Assembly: GCF_963921235.1 (NCBI RefSeq)
Contig: NC_086108.1
Span: 13,392,001 to 13,456,000, forward strand
Length of the DNA stretch: 64,000 nt
Source of the DNA: Mobula hypostoma
Lineage: Eukaryota
Direction: 5' to 3'
Shown in pieces: positions 38,406-52,416 of the stretch; the first letter of the stretch is position 1; the number at the start of each line of letters is the position of its first letter. The notes below the pieces were generated by a model. The model had not been told where the DNA came from, searched no databases, and saw only the letters and a list, made by a program, of their open reading frames with translations. A program made the translations under genes and the position numbers.

Positions 38406-38658
38406 GTACACATTTCTACAATAAGTTCTAATTAGCCTGGGAATGTGTTAATGTATTAATTTTATTTTTGACAAATATGAGGTGATGACACACCTCAGCA
38501 ATTTGTAAATGATGAGAAGCCAGAAGCATCGAAAAAACAAAGATTTAGAAATAGAAATTCAAACTCTACCAGTGCCTTATTATATACAGAGTGTAGCCCA
38601 ATCCAAAATATAACGTTGCAAAATGAATGATGAATTCTTATGGAATAAATCCTAAGTA

Positions 38659-39085
38659 ATACACACAAAATGATGGAGGAACTCTGCAGCTTAGGCAGCA
38701 TCTATGGAAATTGCTTCCAAAACAGTCAACATTTCAAGCCAAGATCCTTCACTCTGCCCTCTTAACTCTTCTCACCTGCATATCACTTCCCCCCGGGTCA
38801 CCTCCTTCGTCCCTTTCTCCTATGGTCTGCTCCCTTCTCCCATCAGATTCCTTCCTCTGCAGCACTTCACCTTTCCTACCCACCTGGCTTCACCTGTCAG
38901 CTTCCAGCTATCCTCCTTCCGCTCACCCACCTTTTCATTCTGGCATCTTCCCCTTCCTTTCCAGTCTCAAAGAAGGGTCTTGGCTCAAAATATTGACTGT
39001 TTATTCAATTGATGTTGCCTAACCTGATGAGTTCCTCCAGCATTTTGTGTGTTGCTTTAGATCTCTAGCATCTGCAGAATTTCTA
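38659..39085. repeat. Penelope-derived fold-back element
   Basis: acacacaaaatg.tggaggaactc at the left is the reverse complement of gagttcctccagcattttgtgtgt at the right. Confidence 0.75.
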
Positions 39086-40739
39086 GAGTTTGATCCCAAG
39101 TGTGTTGGTGATATGCTCCTGTTAATGGGGGAGCCTCACATGAGGGGACATAACTATGTCTCAGTCATACAGCAAAGAAACAGCCCATAACATCCATATC
39201 AACCATCACTAACCCCATTTCCAGTACAGGCTACCATGCCCTGGTGATTTAATTGCTTGCCCAAACGCTTCTTTAATGTTGTGAGAGAATCTACCCTCAA
39301 CATTTCCTCAGGCAGTGCAATGCACATTTCACCCCCTCTCTAAGTAAACATAATATCCCCTTAGATCCTTTCTAAACATTTGATTCCTGGCCATAACCTA
39401 CATCTTCTGGTTTTAGACACACATATACTAATGGGAAAAGTTTCTTAATCCCTTTTTCCAAATAACAATCTGGATTGACTTCAGACTAACTGGCTGAAAG
39501 TTGCCTCTCATAATTTGGAGCACCTCCATCAGGCTGCCACTCGGCTGCTCCTCTTTCAAACAAATCAACCCCAGCCTATGCCGTCTCTCCTCATTACTGT
39601 AACACTGCGTCCCTGACAACATCCTGATAAATCTCCTCTCCAGTGAAATGAAGACCTTCCTGGGAGCATGGCACTGAGAACTGTACACAATATTCAAGCA
39701 GCAGCTTAACCAATGCTTTATAAAGATGTACCGAAGACTTTTATACTCTTACATTCTATGTCTGAGCTAGTGAAGACCAGCACTCTGAATACATTCCTCA
39801 CCATTCCATCTACTCATTCTGCCTCCTTCAGGGATTTTTGGAATTGTTCCTCAGTTGCTCAACACTGCCTAGGGCCTGACCAGTCATGGTGGGTATCCTA
39901 CTCCTACTGGACCTCCAAATACATCGTCTCACACTGGTCAGGATTAAACTCTATCTGCCATTACTCTGCCCAGTTCACCAGCTGATCAAAAACATTCTAC
40001 TGGTTTCTGGCACAGATTGTAATTTGGTCCCTAATATGGCCTACTCTTTTTCTTTACTCCCTTGCTGTTAATACATTTATAAAATACTGTTACCCTCTCT
40101 GTAATCTGGAAGGGCCTCCCCTCTTTAAAATTGCCATACCTATCATAGGCTTCCTTTATCAAACTCTGATACTTCTTGACATCTGAGTTTTCCTGGACAT
40201 GTCATCCTTAATCTTCATCGTAAGGGAAATATATTGGCACTGAATGTTCATCATTTCATTTTTAAATTACTTCCTCTTCCCAAATGTAGATACACCTACA
40301 GTAGTTTCTCCTGGCTGCTAACGACATTGAAAATGGCCTTCTTCCACTTCAGACATTTAATTTCTGGAATATTCTTGACCCTTTCCATAGCTACTGTGAA
40401 ACCCACCTAGTTATGGTCATTGTCTGTAAACTGTTCACCCACCGACACTTCATCCACTTTCCCAGCTTTATTCCCTAGGATTAGGTCCTATGCTGTTCCA
40501 TCCCTAGTAGGACAGTCTACTAACACAAAGCTCTCCTGAATGCAGTTCAAAAATTTCATCCTGCCTAATCTTTCCACACCAAGGTAATCCCAGTTGAAAT
40601 CAAGGAAGTGGAATCCCCTACTAAACAAAACATATACACGAGGCATCCTACTATCCATGAAATGAAGCCGGTTTCCTAATTCAAACACCAAGAACAACAA
40701 GTTCATGAACGACATCTGAATCAAGCACCAAGAATTAGA

Positions 40740-40925
40740 AACAAAAGAGAATCTGCAGATGCTGGAAACCCAGTGTAACGCACACAAAATTTACTGGAGG
40801 AACTTAGCAGGTTAGGGAGCACCTATAGAGATGGATAAAGGGTCTCAGCCTAAAACATGGACTGTTTATTCCTCTCTATAGATGCTGCCTGACCTGCTGA
40901 GTTCCTCCAGCACATTGTGCTTGTT
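40740..40925. repeat. Penelope-derived fold-back element
   Basis: Inverted arms of about 50 bp: ctggaggaacttagcagg...ctatagaga / tctctatag...cctgctgagttcctccag. Confidence 0.75.
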
Positions 40926-41024
40926 ACTAAAGAACCAGATATAAACATCCTGTACTGACACCTAAAGATGGAGATGACAGTGGTGGCTCACATTCCCTAG
41001 ACACAGGCATAATCAAGACGTTAC

Positions 41025-41294
41025 CTGTGGTAAAGGAAGCAGTCACCGGCTGGCTTTGTCTGTGTCCCTGGATGCCGGTGACCGACACCTGGTAATGTGA
41101 GGCAGGTCTCAGGTCCTGCAAGGTATACTGGGTCAGTGTGGGCTGCAATCTCAGCACTGACTTGTTAAATGTTCTATCAGTCTGTGCGTATGCCAGGAGG
41201 ATATAGTCGATGTAGGCTTTCGGTGGTGTCCATTCCACAAAGGCAAAGGTGTCAGCCACCTCCCGAATGGTGATGTGAGTTGGTCCATCAATTG
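41025..41294 (-). CDS. TNR: Tenascin-R-like exon, FNIII-3 (270 bp)
   Basis: cttttag|CA ... ACA G|gtaacg; IDGPTHITIREVADTFAFVEWTPPKAYIDYILL...SQPVTASFTT; no RGD motif. Confidence 0.93.
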
Positions 41295-42549
41295 CTAAAA
41301 GATAAAATGTGACACTGTATTCAGCAATGAATTAATATGCCATTGATCACAAACGTCCCCAAAGGGGAAACTTTGAGTAAACTTAACCGGAGATTAGCTT
41401 CAGATAGAAAGCTCGCTCTGCTTGGTGAATCACTCCCAGCGCTGATTGCCCAGTGCTAACTGGGTGGACTTTCTTCTTACAACTGATCATGGTTTGATAC
41501 AAATGAATGGTTCCTTCAAAAATTCACTGAAGAATCAAACATGCTTCTGCAGGACTGGGGTTAAACTGGATAAAGCTGGTGGATTTTCCACCCTAAACAT
41601 TCATGTATGTTGGATTTATCCAATCAAACGTTGGTACCCAAATTCTCAAAGTTCCATGACCTATGAGACATGAACTCCCCTGCGCAAATTTGTGCTATCT
41701 TCTCCTAATTACTCCCTGCCTTCAGTCCTTCTAATATACTTATGAAAGGTTTTAAGATTTTGCTTAATCTTACTTTCCAAATTCATTTTGTGACCCCCTT
41801 TTTGCCCTCTAATTTATTGAATTCTATCTGATATCTCCTGAAAACTTCAAGTGACATGTTCAGTACCAATTTCCTCTACCTGTCATGGTCCGGTCCGTGA
41901 AGTCCGTATTCTGGTTCACGGTCTGGTCCATTGACCCTTGCTCCAGGTTTTCCTGTCTACCCTGTTTCTGTTCCTGTTAAGCACTAATTGAGGCAGCTGA
42001 TGCCTGTTGGGGCTGGCTGCATAAATACCTCCAGAGACCAGGGTGTGGCTGCTGGACTGTTCTTGTCCTTACTCCTTGTCTCCCTTCCTCTGCCTTCTGT
42101 TTCCTCGCCTGAAGCCCTGCCTTGTCTTGCCGGTAACTCTCACCTCGTCTGAAGTTATCATCTCGCCTTGCTTTGTCGGAGGCCTTGCCTTGTCTTGCCG
42201 GTAACTTTCGCCTCACCTGAAGTTCTCGTCTCGCCTTGCATTGCCTGAAGCCTTGCCTTGTCTTGCTGGTAACTCTCGCCTCGTCTTGCCTGCAGCCTTG
42301 TCCTGGAGCCACCCTGTACCTAGCTCCCTTCCCGTCCCTTGCCTTTGCCCAGGTAAGCCAGGCCGTCTTGCCATTACCTGCAGTTGGTTCTGTCCCTTCC
42401 TGTCCCATGCCTCCGTCGGGTGGTGATCTGCGCCCTGCCCAGCAGTACCGCGCCCAGCCCAGGAGGAGCCTGCCTAGCCTCAAGCCTGAAGACTCCAGCC
42501 TCCTGCCTAGCCTCAAGCCTGAAGACTCCAGCCTCCAGCGTCCAGCCTC

Positions 42550-42828
42550 CAGCCTCCTGCCCAGCCTCGCCTCCAGCCTCCAGCCTCCTGCCCAGCCTCG
42601 CCTCCAGTCTTCAGCCTCCTGCCAAGCAGCGCCTCCAGTCTTCAGCCTCCTGCCAAGCCTCGCCTCCAGTCTTCAGCCTCCTGCCAAGCCTCGCCTCCAG
42701 TCTCCAGCCTCCTGCCAAGCCTCGCCTCCAGTCTTCAGCCTCCTGCCAAGCAGCGCCTCCAGTCTTCAGCCTCCTGCCAAGCAGCGCCTCCAGTCTCCAG
42801 CCTCCTGCCAAGCCTCACCTCAAGTCTC
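42550..42828 (+). repeat. Minisatellite, about 9 x 31 bp (cagcctcctgccaagcctcgcctccagtctt)
   Basis: Tandem units read directly inside the LTR. Confidence 0.9.
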
Positions 42829-43064
42829 TAAGACTCCAGCCTCGTCCTGCCTGCCAGCCAGGCCTTGTCCTTGCCTAGTTCTCAGGTCTGAGCCAGAGGC
42901 AAGACCCAGGTACTGGGTCCTTGTCCAGTCTCTGGCTCGGAGTCCAAGCCCGAGCTCCTAGCTCTCTTTTTCAGTCCTGTTCTGGGTTCCCGCTTTTCGT
43001 GTTCATGTCCTTGCCCTCACCCTGTATCCTAGTCTTGTCCCTAGTACTTCAGTGTCTGTGTCTT

Positions 43065-45775
43065 AGAACATAGAATAGTACAGCACAGTACAGGCCCTTC
43101 GGCCCACAATGTTGTGCTGACCCTCAAACCCTGCCTCACATATAAGCCCCCACCTTAAATTCCTCCATATACCTGTCTAGTAGTCTCTTAAACTTCACTA
43201 GTGTATCTACCTCCACTACTGACTCAGGCAGTGCATTCCACGCACCAACCACTCTCTGAGTAAAAAACCTTCCTCAAATATCCCCCTTGAACTTCCCACC
43301 CCTTACCTTAAAGTCATGTCCTCTTGTATTGAGCAGTGGTGCCCTGGGGAAGAGGCGCTGGCTATCCACCCTATCTATTCCTCTTATTATCTTGTACACC
43401 TCTATCATGTCTCCTCTCATCCTCCTTCTCTCCAAAGAGTAAAGCCCTAGCTCCCTTATTCTCTGATCATAATGCATACTTTCTAAACCAGACAGCATCA
43501 TGGTAAATCTCCTCTGTACCCTTTCCAATGCTTCCACGTCCTTCCTATAGTGAGGCGACCAGAACTGGACACAATACTCCAAGTGTGGCCTAACCAGAGT
43601 TTTATAGAGCTGCATCAATACATCGCGACTCTTGAACTCCAACCCTCGACTTATGAAAGCTAACACCCCATAAGCTTTCTTAACTACCCTATCCACCTGT
43701 GAGGCAATTTTCAGGGATCTGTGGACATGTACCCCCAGATCACTCTGCTCCTCCACACTACCAAGTATCCTGCCATTTACTTTGTACTCTGCCTTGGAGT
43801 TTGCCCTTCCAAAGTGTACCACCTCACAATTCTCCAGGTTGAACTCCATCTGCCACTTCTCAGCCCACTCCTGCATCCTATCAATGTCTTTCTGCAATCT
43901 TTGACAATCCTCTACACTATCTACAACACCACCAACCTTTGTGTCGTCTGCAAACTTGCCAACCCACCCTTCTACCCCCACATCCAGGTCTAATAAAAAT
44001 CACGAAAAGTAGAGGTCCCAGAACAGATCCTTGTGGGACACCACTAGTCACAATCCTCCAATCTGAATGTACTCCCTCCACCACCACCCTCTGCCTTCTG
44101 CAGGCAAGCCAATTCTGAATCCACCTGGCCAAACTTCCCTGGATCCCATGCCTTCTAACTTTCTGAATAAGCGTACCGTGTGGAACCTTGTCAAATGCCT
44201 TACTAAAATCCATATAGATCACATCCACCGCACTACCCTCATCTATATGCCTGGTCACCTCCTCAAAGAACTCTATCAGGCTTGTTAGACACGATCTGCC
44301 CTTCACAAAGCCATGCTGACTGTCCCTGATCAGACAATGATTCTCTAAATGCCCAGAAATCCTATATCTAAGAATCTTTTCCAACAGCTTTCCCACCACA
44401 GGCGTAAGGCTCACTGGTCTATAATTACCTGGACTATCCCTACTACCTTTTTTGAACAAGGGGACAACATTCACCTCCCTCCAATCCTCCGTTACCATTC
44501 CCGTAGACAATGAGGACATAAAGATCCCAGCTAGAGGCTCAGCAATCTCTTCTCTCGCCTCGTGGAGCAGCCTGGGGAATATTCTGTCAGGCCCCGGGGA
44601 CTTATCTGTCTAATGTATTTTAACAACTCCAACACCTCCTCTCCCTTAATATCAACATGCTCCAGAACATCAACCTCACTCATATTGTCCTCAGCATCAT
44701 CAAGTTCCCTCTCATTGGTGAATACCGAAGAGAAGTATTCATTGAGGACCTCGCTCACTTCCACAGCCTCCAGGCACATCTTCCCACCTTTATCTCTAAT
44801 CGGTCCTACCTTCACTCCTGTCATCCTTTTTTTCCTTCACATAATTGAAGAATGCCTTGGCATTTTCCTTTACCCTACTCACCAAGGCTTCTCATGCCCC
44901 CTTCTTGCTCTTCTCAGCCCCTTCTTAAGCTCCTTTCTTGCTACCCTATATTCCTCAATAGACCCATCTGATCCTTGCTTCCTAAACCTCATGTATGCTG
45001 CCTTCTTCCACTTGACTAGATTTTCCACCTCACTTGTCACCCATGGTTCCTTCACCCTACCATTCTTTATCTTCCTCACTGGCACAACTTTATCCCTAAC
45101 ATCCTGCAAGAGATCTCTAAACATCGACCACATGTCCATAGTACATTTCCCTGCAAAAACATCATCCCAATTCACACCTGCAAGTTCTAGCCTTATAGCC
45201 TCATAATTTGCCTTTCCCCAATTAAAAATTTTCCTGTCCTGTCTGATTCTATCCTTTTCCATGATAAATGCTAAAGGCCAGGGAGCGGTGGTCACTGTCC
45301 CCCAGATGCTCACCCACTGAGAGATCTGTGACCTGACCTGGTTCATTACCTAGTACTAGACCTAGTATGGCATTCCCCCTAGTCGGCCTGCCCACATACT
45401 GTGACAGGAATCTGTCCTGGACACACTTAACAAACTCTGCTCCGTCTAAACCCTTGGAACTAATCAGGTGCCAATCAATATTAGGGAAGTTAAAGTCACC
45501 CGTGATAACAATCCTGTTATTTTTGCACCTTTCCAAAATCTGCCTCCCAATCTGCTCCTCTGTATCTCTGCTGCTACCAGGGGGCCTATAGAATACCCCC
45601 AGTAGAGTAACTGCTCCCTTTCTGATCCTGACTTCCACCCATATTGACTCAAAAGATGATCCTGCTACATTACCCACCCTTTCTGTAGCTGTAATAGTAT
45701 TCCTGACCAGTAATGCCACCCCTCCTCCCCTTTTTCCGCCCTCTCTATCCCTTTTAAAGCACTGAAATCCAGGAA
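43065..45775 (-). mobile_element. Young 5'-truncated CR1 LINE (endonuclease + RT)
   Basis: [40 protein letters not shown]; ttctatgttct tail; TCTT on both sides; only a few frameshifts. Confidence 0.95.
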
Positions 45776-46129
45776 TCTTGCACTTGGGTCCGTTCCCAGC
45801 CACCCACCTTTGACACTACCTGACATACACTTTATTCTTTCACTGATGAAACTTCCAAAATTATCTGTTAAACACCTAAATTTATCATCTTCGCCTCTTA
45901 CCCTTGCAGACACAGGCTGACTCTGAACTCTTACTACCTCACCTTTGCTACAGATTTTTATAAAATATTCTACTTACTTATTCACAATGCTCCATTTATA
46001 TCCCATCTCTTATTGCCCTTGAGTCATTGCAGTTCTTCTAATGAAACTACTGTTTGTGATTTGAGCGGAGTGTTATAGGATTTAGATTCAAGTGACAATG
46101 AAGGAACAATGATACCTTTTCAGGTCAGT

Positions 46130-48360
46130 TTCAAATCGAACGTACAACCGTGTAGCACAGGAACAGAGCCTTTGGCCCAAGATGTTGTGCTGAACCAAGT
46201 GAACTAGTAATCAATTGCATAACTAAACGAATCCCTCTGCCTACACATGATCCATATCCCACCATTCTCTGAGTATTCATGTCTATCTAAGACACATTAT
46301 CATATGTGCTTCCACTACCAGCCATGGTAGCATATTCCAGATACCTGTTACTCTGTGGAAAAAGATATCCCCACACATCTCCTTTGAACTTTCTGTAAAT
46401 GCTTGACCTCTAGCATTTGACCTTGGGGAAAAAAAATATATTTATATAAATTTATTTATTTAGTGATCTAATGTGGAACAGGCCTTTCAATGAGCTAGCC
46501 ACCCAGCCTATTTAATACTATCCTAATCACACCTACATTGGACTGTGGGAAGAAACCAGAACACCCAAGGGAAACCCACATGATCACGAGGAGAGCATAT
46601 AAGATACTAACTGAACTCCTAACTCTGACACCCCAAGCTTTAATAGAGTTGCACTAACCACGACACTACTGTGGCACTATGGCTGCCTCTCATAATCTCA
46701 TAACCTTCTACAGGTCTCCCCTCAGTAACAATCTGTCCAACCTTTTCTTACAGCACTTGCTCTCTAATTCAGGTAACGTTCCAGTAAACCTCTTCTGCTC
46801 CCCCTCCAAAGCCTCGACAGCCTTCCTAAGACAGGATGACCAGAAATGAATGCAGTATTCCAGAGGCAGCAGAACTGAAATTTTAGAAAGCTGAAAAATA
46901 AATGCTTGACCCTTGAGCTCAGTGTCTCAAGTAACACCAAGCTTGGCAGGTGTTTTTTTTACTATTCTACTAAACTCTGCAGCCTTTCAGGGAGCTAGGG
47001 ACTTGGACTCCTAGATCCTTCTGTAAGTCAACACTGTTAAGGGTCTTGCCTTTAAAACTGTGTAGTCCCTTACATTTGATCTCCTGAAGTGCAATATCTC
47101 ACACTTGCCTTCATCTGCCATTCCTCTGCCCATATTTGCCATTGATCTATATCCTTTGGTAGTCTTCTACACTATCTACAACACCATTGATCTTTGTATT
47201 GTCTGTGAGCTAGTAACAACACACCCATTTTCATTTTCATCTGGGTCATTTATATATATATCGCAAACAGCATAAGTCCCAGTACAGAACCCTGGAGAAC
47301 AAGACTACTCATGGACCTCCAGCCAGAATAAGTCCCATTGGCCATTACCTCTGCAAGCCAAGTCTGAAAGAAAACTGCCAAGTCACTCCAGAATCTATGC
47401 ATTTCAATCTTCTGGTGCAGCCTTCCATAAGGGACTTTGTCAATGCCTTCCTAAAATTCACTTAGACAACGTCCACAGTTCACCGTTGTCACCTCCTCAA
47501 AAACCTCAGTCAGATTTAGTCAGAGCTGACTACCCTGCAGAAAGCCATAATGACTCCCTAATTAGTCCATGACTTTCCAAATGTACAGCAATCCTATCCC
47601 TAAGAATCCTCTCCATTCACATCTCTATCACCGATGTAAAACTCACCAGTCAATAATTTCCAGGATTATTTCTACTCACTTTCTTGAACAAAGGAACATC
47701 AGTTACTTGCCAGTCCTCTGGGACTTCACCTGTGGCTGGACAGGACAAAACGATCTTGTTTAAGGCACCACTAATCTCACCTCTTGCCTCTCTCAAAAAC
47801 CTGAGGTCCATCCCCTCACTACCCCCTCCATTATCTCAAAATGCTTTGGCGCATTTAGGATGCTGCACACAGCATCCACTTCCTTCTCCTTGGTAAATAC
47901 TGATCAAAGTATTCACTTAGGACCTCACCCACATCCTCAGCCTCCAAGAACATTACCTCCTTTATCCTTGAGTTGTCCATTCCTCTCACTCTTGATGTGT
48001 GTTTGGAAATCCTTAAGATTCTCTTTATTCTACTGACCAAGGACTTCTCATGGCCTTTCCTGGCTTTTCTAATTCCCTTCTTGAGTTCCAGCTTCCTTAG
48101 AGTTCTCAAGGGCTTTGTTTGATTTTAGGTTCCTAAACCTTACATGTGTTTCCTTTTTCTTTTTGACAAAATTCACCATTTTCTCAAATCCCAGGTTCTC
48201 TTACCTAGTCATTTCTGTTCTTCTCGCTGGAAGACAGCTGTCCTATATCCTGTGCAGTTGATCGTTAAACTCCTTTAAACAAACTTGCCCAAGGTCAGCT
48301 GTTCCCAATTAAGTCTCCCTAGTTCTTATCTAATTACACTTGTCACTGATTCTGCTCCAG
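46130..48360 (-). mobile_element. Old CR1 remnant hosting a SINE and the Nimb-like LINE; resumes at about 51730-52150
   Basis: Minus-strand CR1 ORF2 remnants such as ELKKGIRKARKGHEK. Confidence 0.7.
46455..46680 (-). mobile_element. HE1-like V-SINE
   Basis: tgtgggaagaaaccagaacacccaagggaaacccac V-domain-like core. Confidence 0.7.
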
Positions 48361-48367
48361 TTTAATA

Positions 48368-51300
48368 TGGGAGTTTGGACTGCTTCAACAGTAGGCAGTG
48401 ATCACTACCCAGTTTTGTGTTCAGTGGGTGAAAGAGTTGAAGTAAGACCAGGTGGCGGAACCCCAAAGTGGGTGTTTGAAAAAGCTGATCGGGGTAAGTT
48501 CCAGAAGTTGAGTGAAGAAGGGTTGACAAAGATTGATATTTCTGGAAATGTAGATGAATTAAACAGTCAGGTGACTTCAGCAATTATCATGGCAGCAGAA
48601 GGATCTATACCTAGGAGTAAAAATAGGATGAATAGAAAACTGGTACCATGGTGGACAGAGGAATGTTGTCAGGCTGTAAAAAACAGAAATAGAGCATTCA
48701 GGCTTGTTAAAAGGACCCATAATATGCAGCATTTGGTTCAATATAAGAAAGCACAGGCAGTGGTGAGAAGAACTATACGTCAAGCTAAAAGGGCAAGTTG
48801 GAGGAGCTTTTGTGACAAGGTAGGAAGAACAACACCTGTGGGAGAGATATGGGGAATGATTAAGAGGATGGGAGGAGACAGAAGGGAATGGGAATATCCA
48901 GTAATGATATCTGAGGAGGAAACTGCAGTCTCCAGTAGGGATAAGGCTGAGGTCATGGCCAAGTCATTTGTACTGATACACAGTTCAGAAAATTTGTCTG
49001 AAGAAGGGAGAAGAAGAAGGGAAAGAATAATGAGCCAACACCCAGGTGTGTTAAGCAGGAGGGAAGGAACAGATGATATAATTGATGATCCATTTACATT
49101 AGCAGAAATGGTGAGAGCAATAAAGAGATCGAGACCAACCTCCCCAGGGAAAGATCTGATATGCTCTGTGATGCTAAAAAATCTAGGAGAAGGAGCGCTC
49201 TTGAAGTTGCTGCATTTTTATAACAGAGTGTGGGAGGAGGGAAGATTACCAAGTGCATGGAAAGAAGCAGTAGTAATTCCAATAAGGAAGCCTGGCAAGG
49301 ATCTGTCAAAACCCACTAGCTACAGACAAATTGCATTAACATCAAGTATATGTAAGATAATGGAAAGGATGATAACAGAAAGGTTATCATATGAGCTTGA
49401 GAAAAGGGGAATGCTGGCAAGTTATCAGAGTGGTTTTAGAAAGGGAAGGAATTCCATGGACTCAGTGATTATGTTAGAGACTGAAATAAGGAAGGCCCAG
49501 GCAAATAGAGAGTCAGTAGTGGCAGTGTTCTTTGACATTGAAAAAGCCTATGATATGATGTGGAAGGAAGGATTATTAATTAAACTGCACAAGATGGGGG
49601 TTGGTGGGAGAGTTTTTAATTGGATTAAAGATTTTTTGTTTGGTAGAAAAATTCAAGTTCGGATTGGATCAGAATTATCAAAACAGTACATAGTGGAAAA
49701 TGGCACACCTCAAGGTAGTGTGATTAGCCCATTACTTTTCATGATTATGATCAATGATGTCTTCACAAAGGTACCAGTGGATATAAGTAGGTCACTGTTT
49801 GCGGATGATGGGGCCTTGTGGAAAAGAGGCAGGAACATGGACTATATAATCAGGAAACTACAAGAAGCAATTGATGAAGTGGTGGAGTGGGGTTATGATT
49901 GGGGATGTAGATTTTCAGTAGATAAAACTCAAACTGTATTTTTTACCAGGAAAAGGGTTGAGGTAGGGAAGAAGTTAAGGATGCATGGGGTTGAATTAGA
50001 AAGGGTTGCATCATTTAAATTTCTGGGAGTTATATTTGATTCACGATTAACATGGGCAGACCATATCAGGAAAGTTGAGGAGAAATGTAAAAAAGTAATA
50101 AATGTGATGAGATGTTTGACTGGTAGGGAATGGGGAGCAAGTTGTTCAGCTTTGAAGAGAATGTATGTGGCTTTAGTAAGATCTATATTGGATTATGGAA
50201 ATATAGTATATGGATCAGCAGCTAGGTCTCTAATAAGGAAACTGGATGTGATTCAGGCTCAGGCCTTGAGAGTGTGCAGTGGGGCTTTTAAAACGTCACC
50301 AGTGTCAGCCCTACAGGTAGAAATGGGAATAATGCGTTTGGAACTAAGAAGGATGCAACTGATGGCAAACTACTGGGCTAACTTGCAGGGGCACAATGAT
50401 TCTCACCCTACTAAAGGAGTGTTGCAGGAGTGCTGGGAAAATGGGAGGTTTCAGAGGGGATACCTTTAGTCGGGTAGGGAATGATATCGCGAAAGAATGT
50501 GGAGTGTTTGATCTGAGGATAAGTCCTTCAGTAGTTTATCCGGTTGTAGCTCCATGGAAACTTGTATGGCCTTGACATAGACTGGCATTTGTTAGAGGTA
50601 AAAAGGAAAGAAAGATATAAAACAGATTTGGTAAATGCATTTAACTGTCATGTGATGGAAAAGTATAGTGATTATACTCACATTTATACAGATGGTGCGA
50701 ATGAACCTGAAACAGGAGTGACAGGGTTTGGGGTGGTAATACCAGCAAAAGAAATTGGAATCAGCAGAAGAACATCTAATAAGTTAGGGGTGTTTACAGT
50801 GGAGATGCTGGCAGTGTTGGTTGCGTTGCAATGGGTGCAGAAAGCCAGACCATGCAAAGCATTGATATGTTCAGATTCATCCTCGGTTCTAACAAGTTTA
50901 AGGTCTTTTCACACAAACAGTCGGCAAGATGTACTTTATGAAGCCCTTCAGTTAGTTACAAGAATTGCAAATCAGGGAGGTCAGGTAAAATTTCTATGGG
51001 TTCCAGCACATGTAGGGGTGAAGGGGAATGAGAAGGTGGATGAGTTGGCAAAGAGGGCATTAAAGAAAGAAAATGTGGAAATGCACATTAGTATCAGTAA
51101 AGCAGAGGTTAAGTGTGTAATCTGGGAAAAAGTCAACCGAATGTGGCAAGAAAGATGGGACAGGGAGGGGAAAGGGAGGCATCTATATCAAATACAAAAG
51201 AGTGTTGCAGTTACTAGGGTAAGTAATGGAAACAGAAGAGAGGAGACTGTGTGGACTGGGTTAAGGCTGGGACACTGTGCATTAAACAAAACATTGAAAA

Positions 51301-51727
51301 TGATAGGGGAATACCAGACAGGATTGTGTGAGGAATGTCAGGAAGAGGAGTCAGTAGAACATGTAGTTCTGAGTTGCAGGAAGTATGGGATACAGAGAGA
51401 GATGATGAGAATTAAACTAAGGGAGTTGGGGATGCAGGAATTCACATTAAAAGGGTTGCTGGGCATGGGTGAGAGAGCACAAGTCCGGGTATTTTTAGCG
51501 TTTTTAAGGGGTACAGGGGTTTTTTAATAGAATATGACGAATAAACAGGAATAGGATACTAGGATGGTCAAAGATGGGAGGATGAAGTGTAGGTTTGTGT
51601 GTGTGTGTGTGTGATTGGGTGAAGGGATTTAGAATGTATGTCTAGTGCACATTCTGGAGCAGAGGGTGGCGGTAATGCACCATTAAGCTGGATGCCAACC
51701 GCCGTAAAACAAGATACAGACAGACAG
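48368..51727 (+). mobile_element. Young 5'-truncated I/Nimb-type LINE: end of endonuclease, RT, RNase H, zinc-finger-like motif, 3' UTR
   Basis: GSDHYP; about 700-aa frame with FFDIEKAYD, GTPQGSVISP, LFADD; IYTDGA, SDSSS, WVPAHVGVKGNEKVDELAK; CEEC...HVVLSC; frameshifts near 50460-50570; (GACA)n tail. Confidence 0.93.
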
Positions 51728-52169
51728 GATCACTGCACCCTAACTGTTTCCAGTCACCAGGTTATGCTCTTTTCCCAATAGGTCTAGTGTGACTTCCACC
51801 CCACCCCCATTATTGGACTATCTACATATTGATTTAAGAAATCTTCCTGAATATTCTGAACAAATTCTACCATGTCTAAACCTTTTGCACAAAAGAGGTT
51901 CCAATATATATTGGGGAAGATTAAATCAAGCATGACAACCTTCTTGTTAATCTGCCTGCACATCTGTTCCTCTGTGTTGCAGAGGAGGGAGGGGGAGACT
52001 GTAGCAGCATAATCATATCACAGTGGTTGCACTTTTTTTATTTTTGAGTTTCCTATATAGACTCAGTGGATATTCTCTCCATTACATCCCCTCTGAGTGC
52101 AGCTTTGGTATTAATTAATAGGGCAATTCCTTCCCATTCTTTTACCTCCCTCTCTATGTTTTTATTTTT

Positions 52170-52416
52170 TATTTTGAGATACAGCGTGGTAATTGGCCCT
52201 TCTGGCCCAATGAGCCTGTGTCGCCTAATTACACCCATGTGACCAATCAACCTACTAACCTGTACAAATTTGGAATGTGGGAGGAAACCAGAGCACCCAG
52301 AGGAAATCTACATGGTCACTGGACGAACACACAGTCTCCTTATAGACTGCAGCAGGAATTGAAGCTGGGCCGTTCCCACTGTCAAGTTTTCTTCTAACTA
52401 CTATGTTACCATGCTT
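52170..52416 (-). mobile_element. HE1-like V-SINE with CR1-type tail
   Basis: ggaatgtgggaggaaaccagagcacccagaggaaa core, degenerate tRNA-like head, ggcccttctggccca CR1-like tail. Confidence 0.75.

Larger units (their letters stand above)
41881..45815 (+). mobile_element. Solo LTR-like element (about 1.2 kb) with internal tandem repeats, split near its 3' end by a CR1
   Basis: TGTCA...TGACA termini, 5-bp TSD CTACC (41876-41880, 45816-45820), TATA-like cataaata near 42020. Confidence 0.85.

Noticed and set aside
41977..42961. Long Pro/Ser/Ala-rich ORFs on both strands
   Set aside because: By-products of stop-poor tandem repeats inside a TSD-flanked LTR
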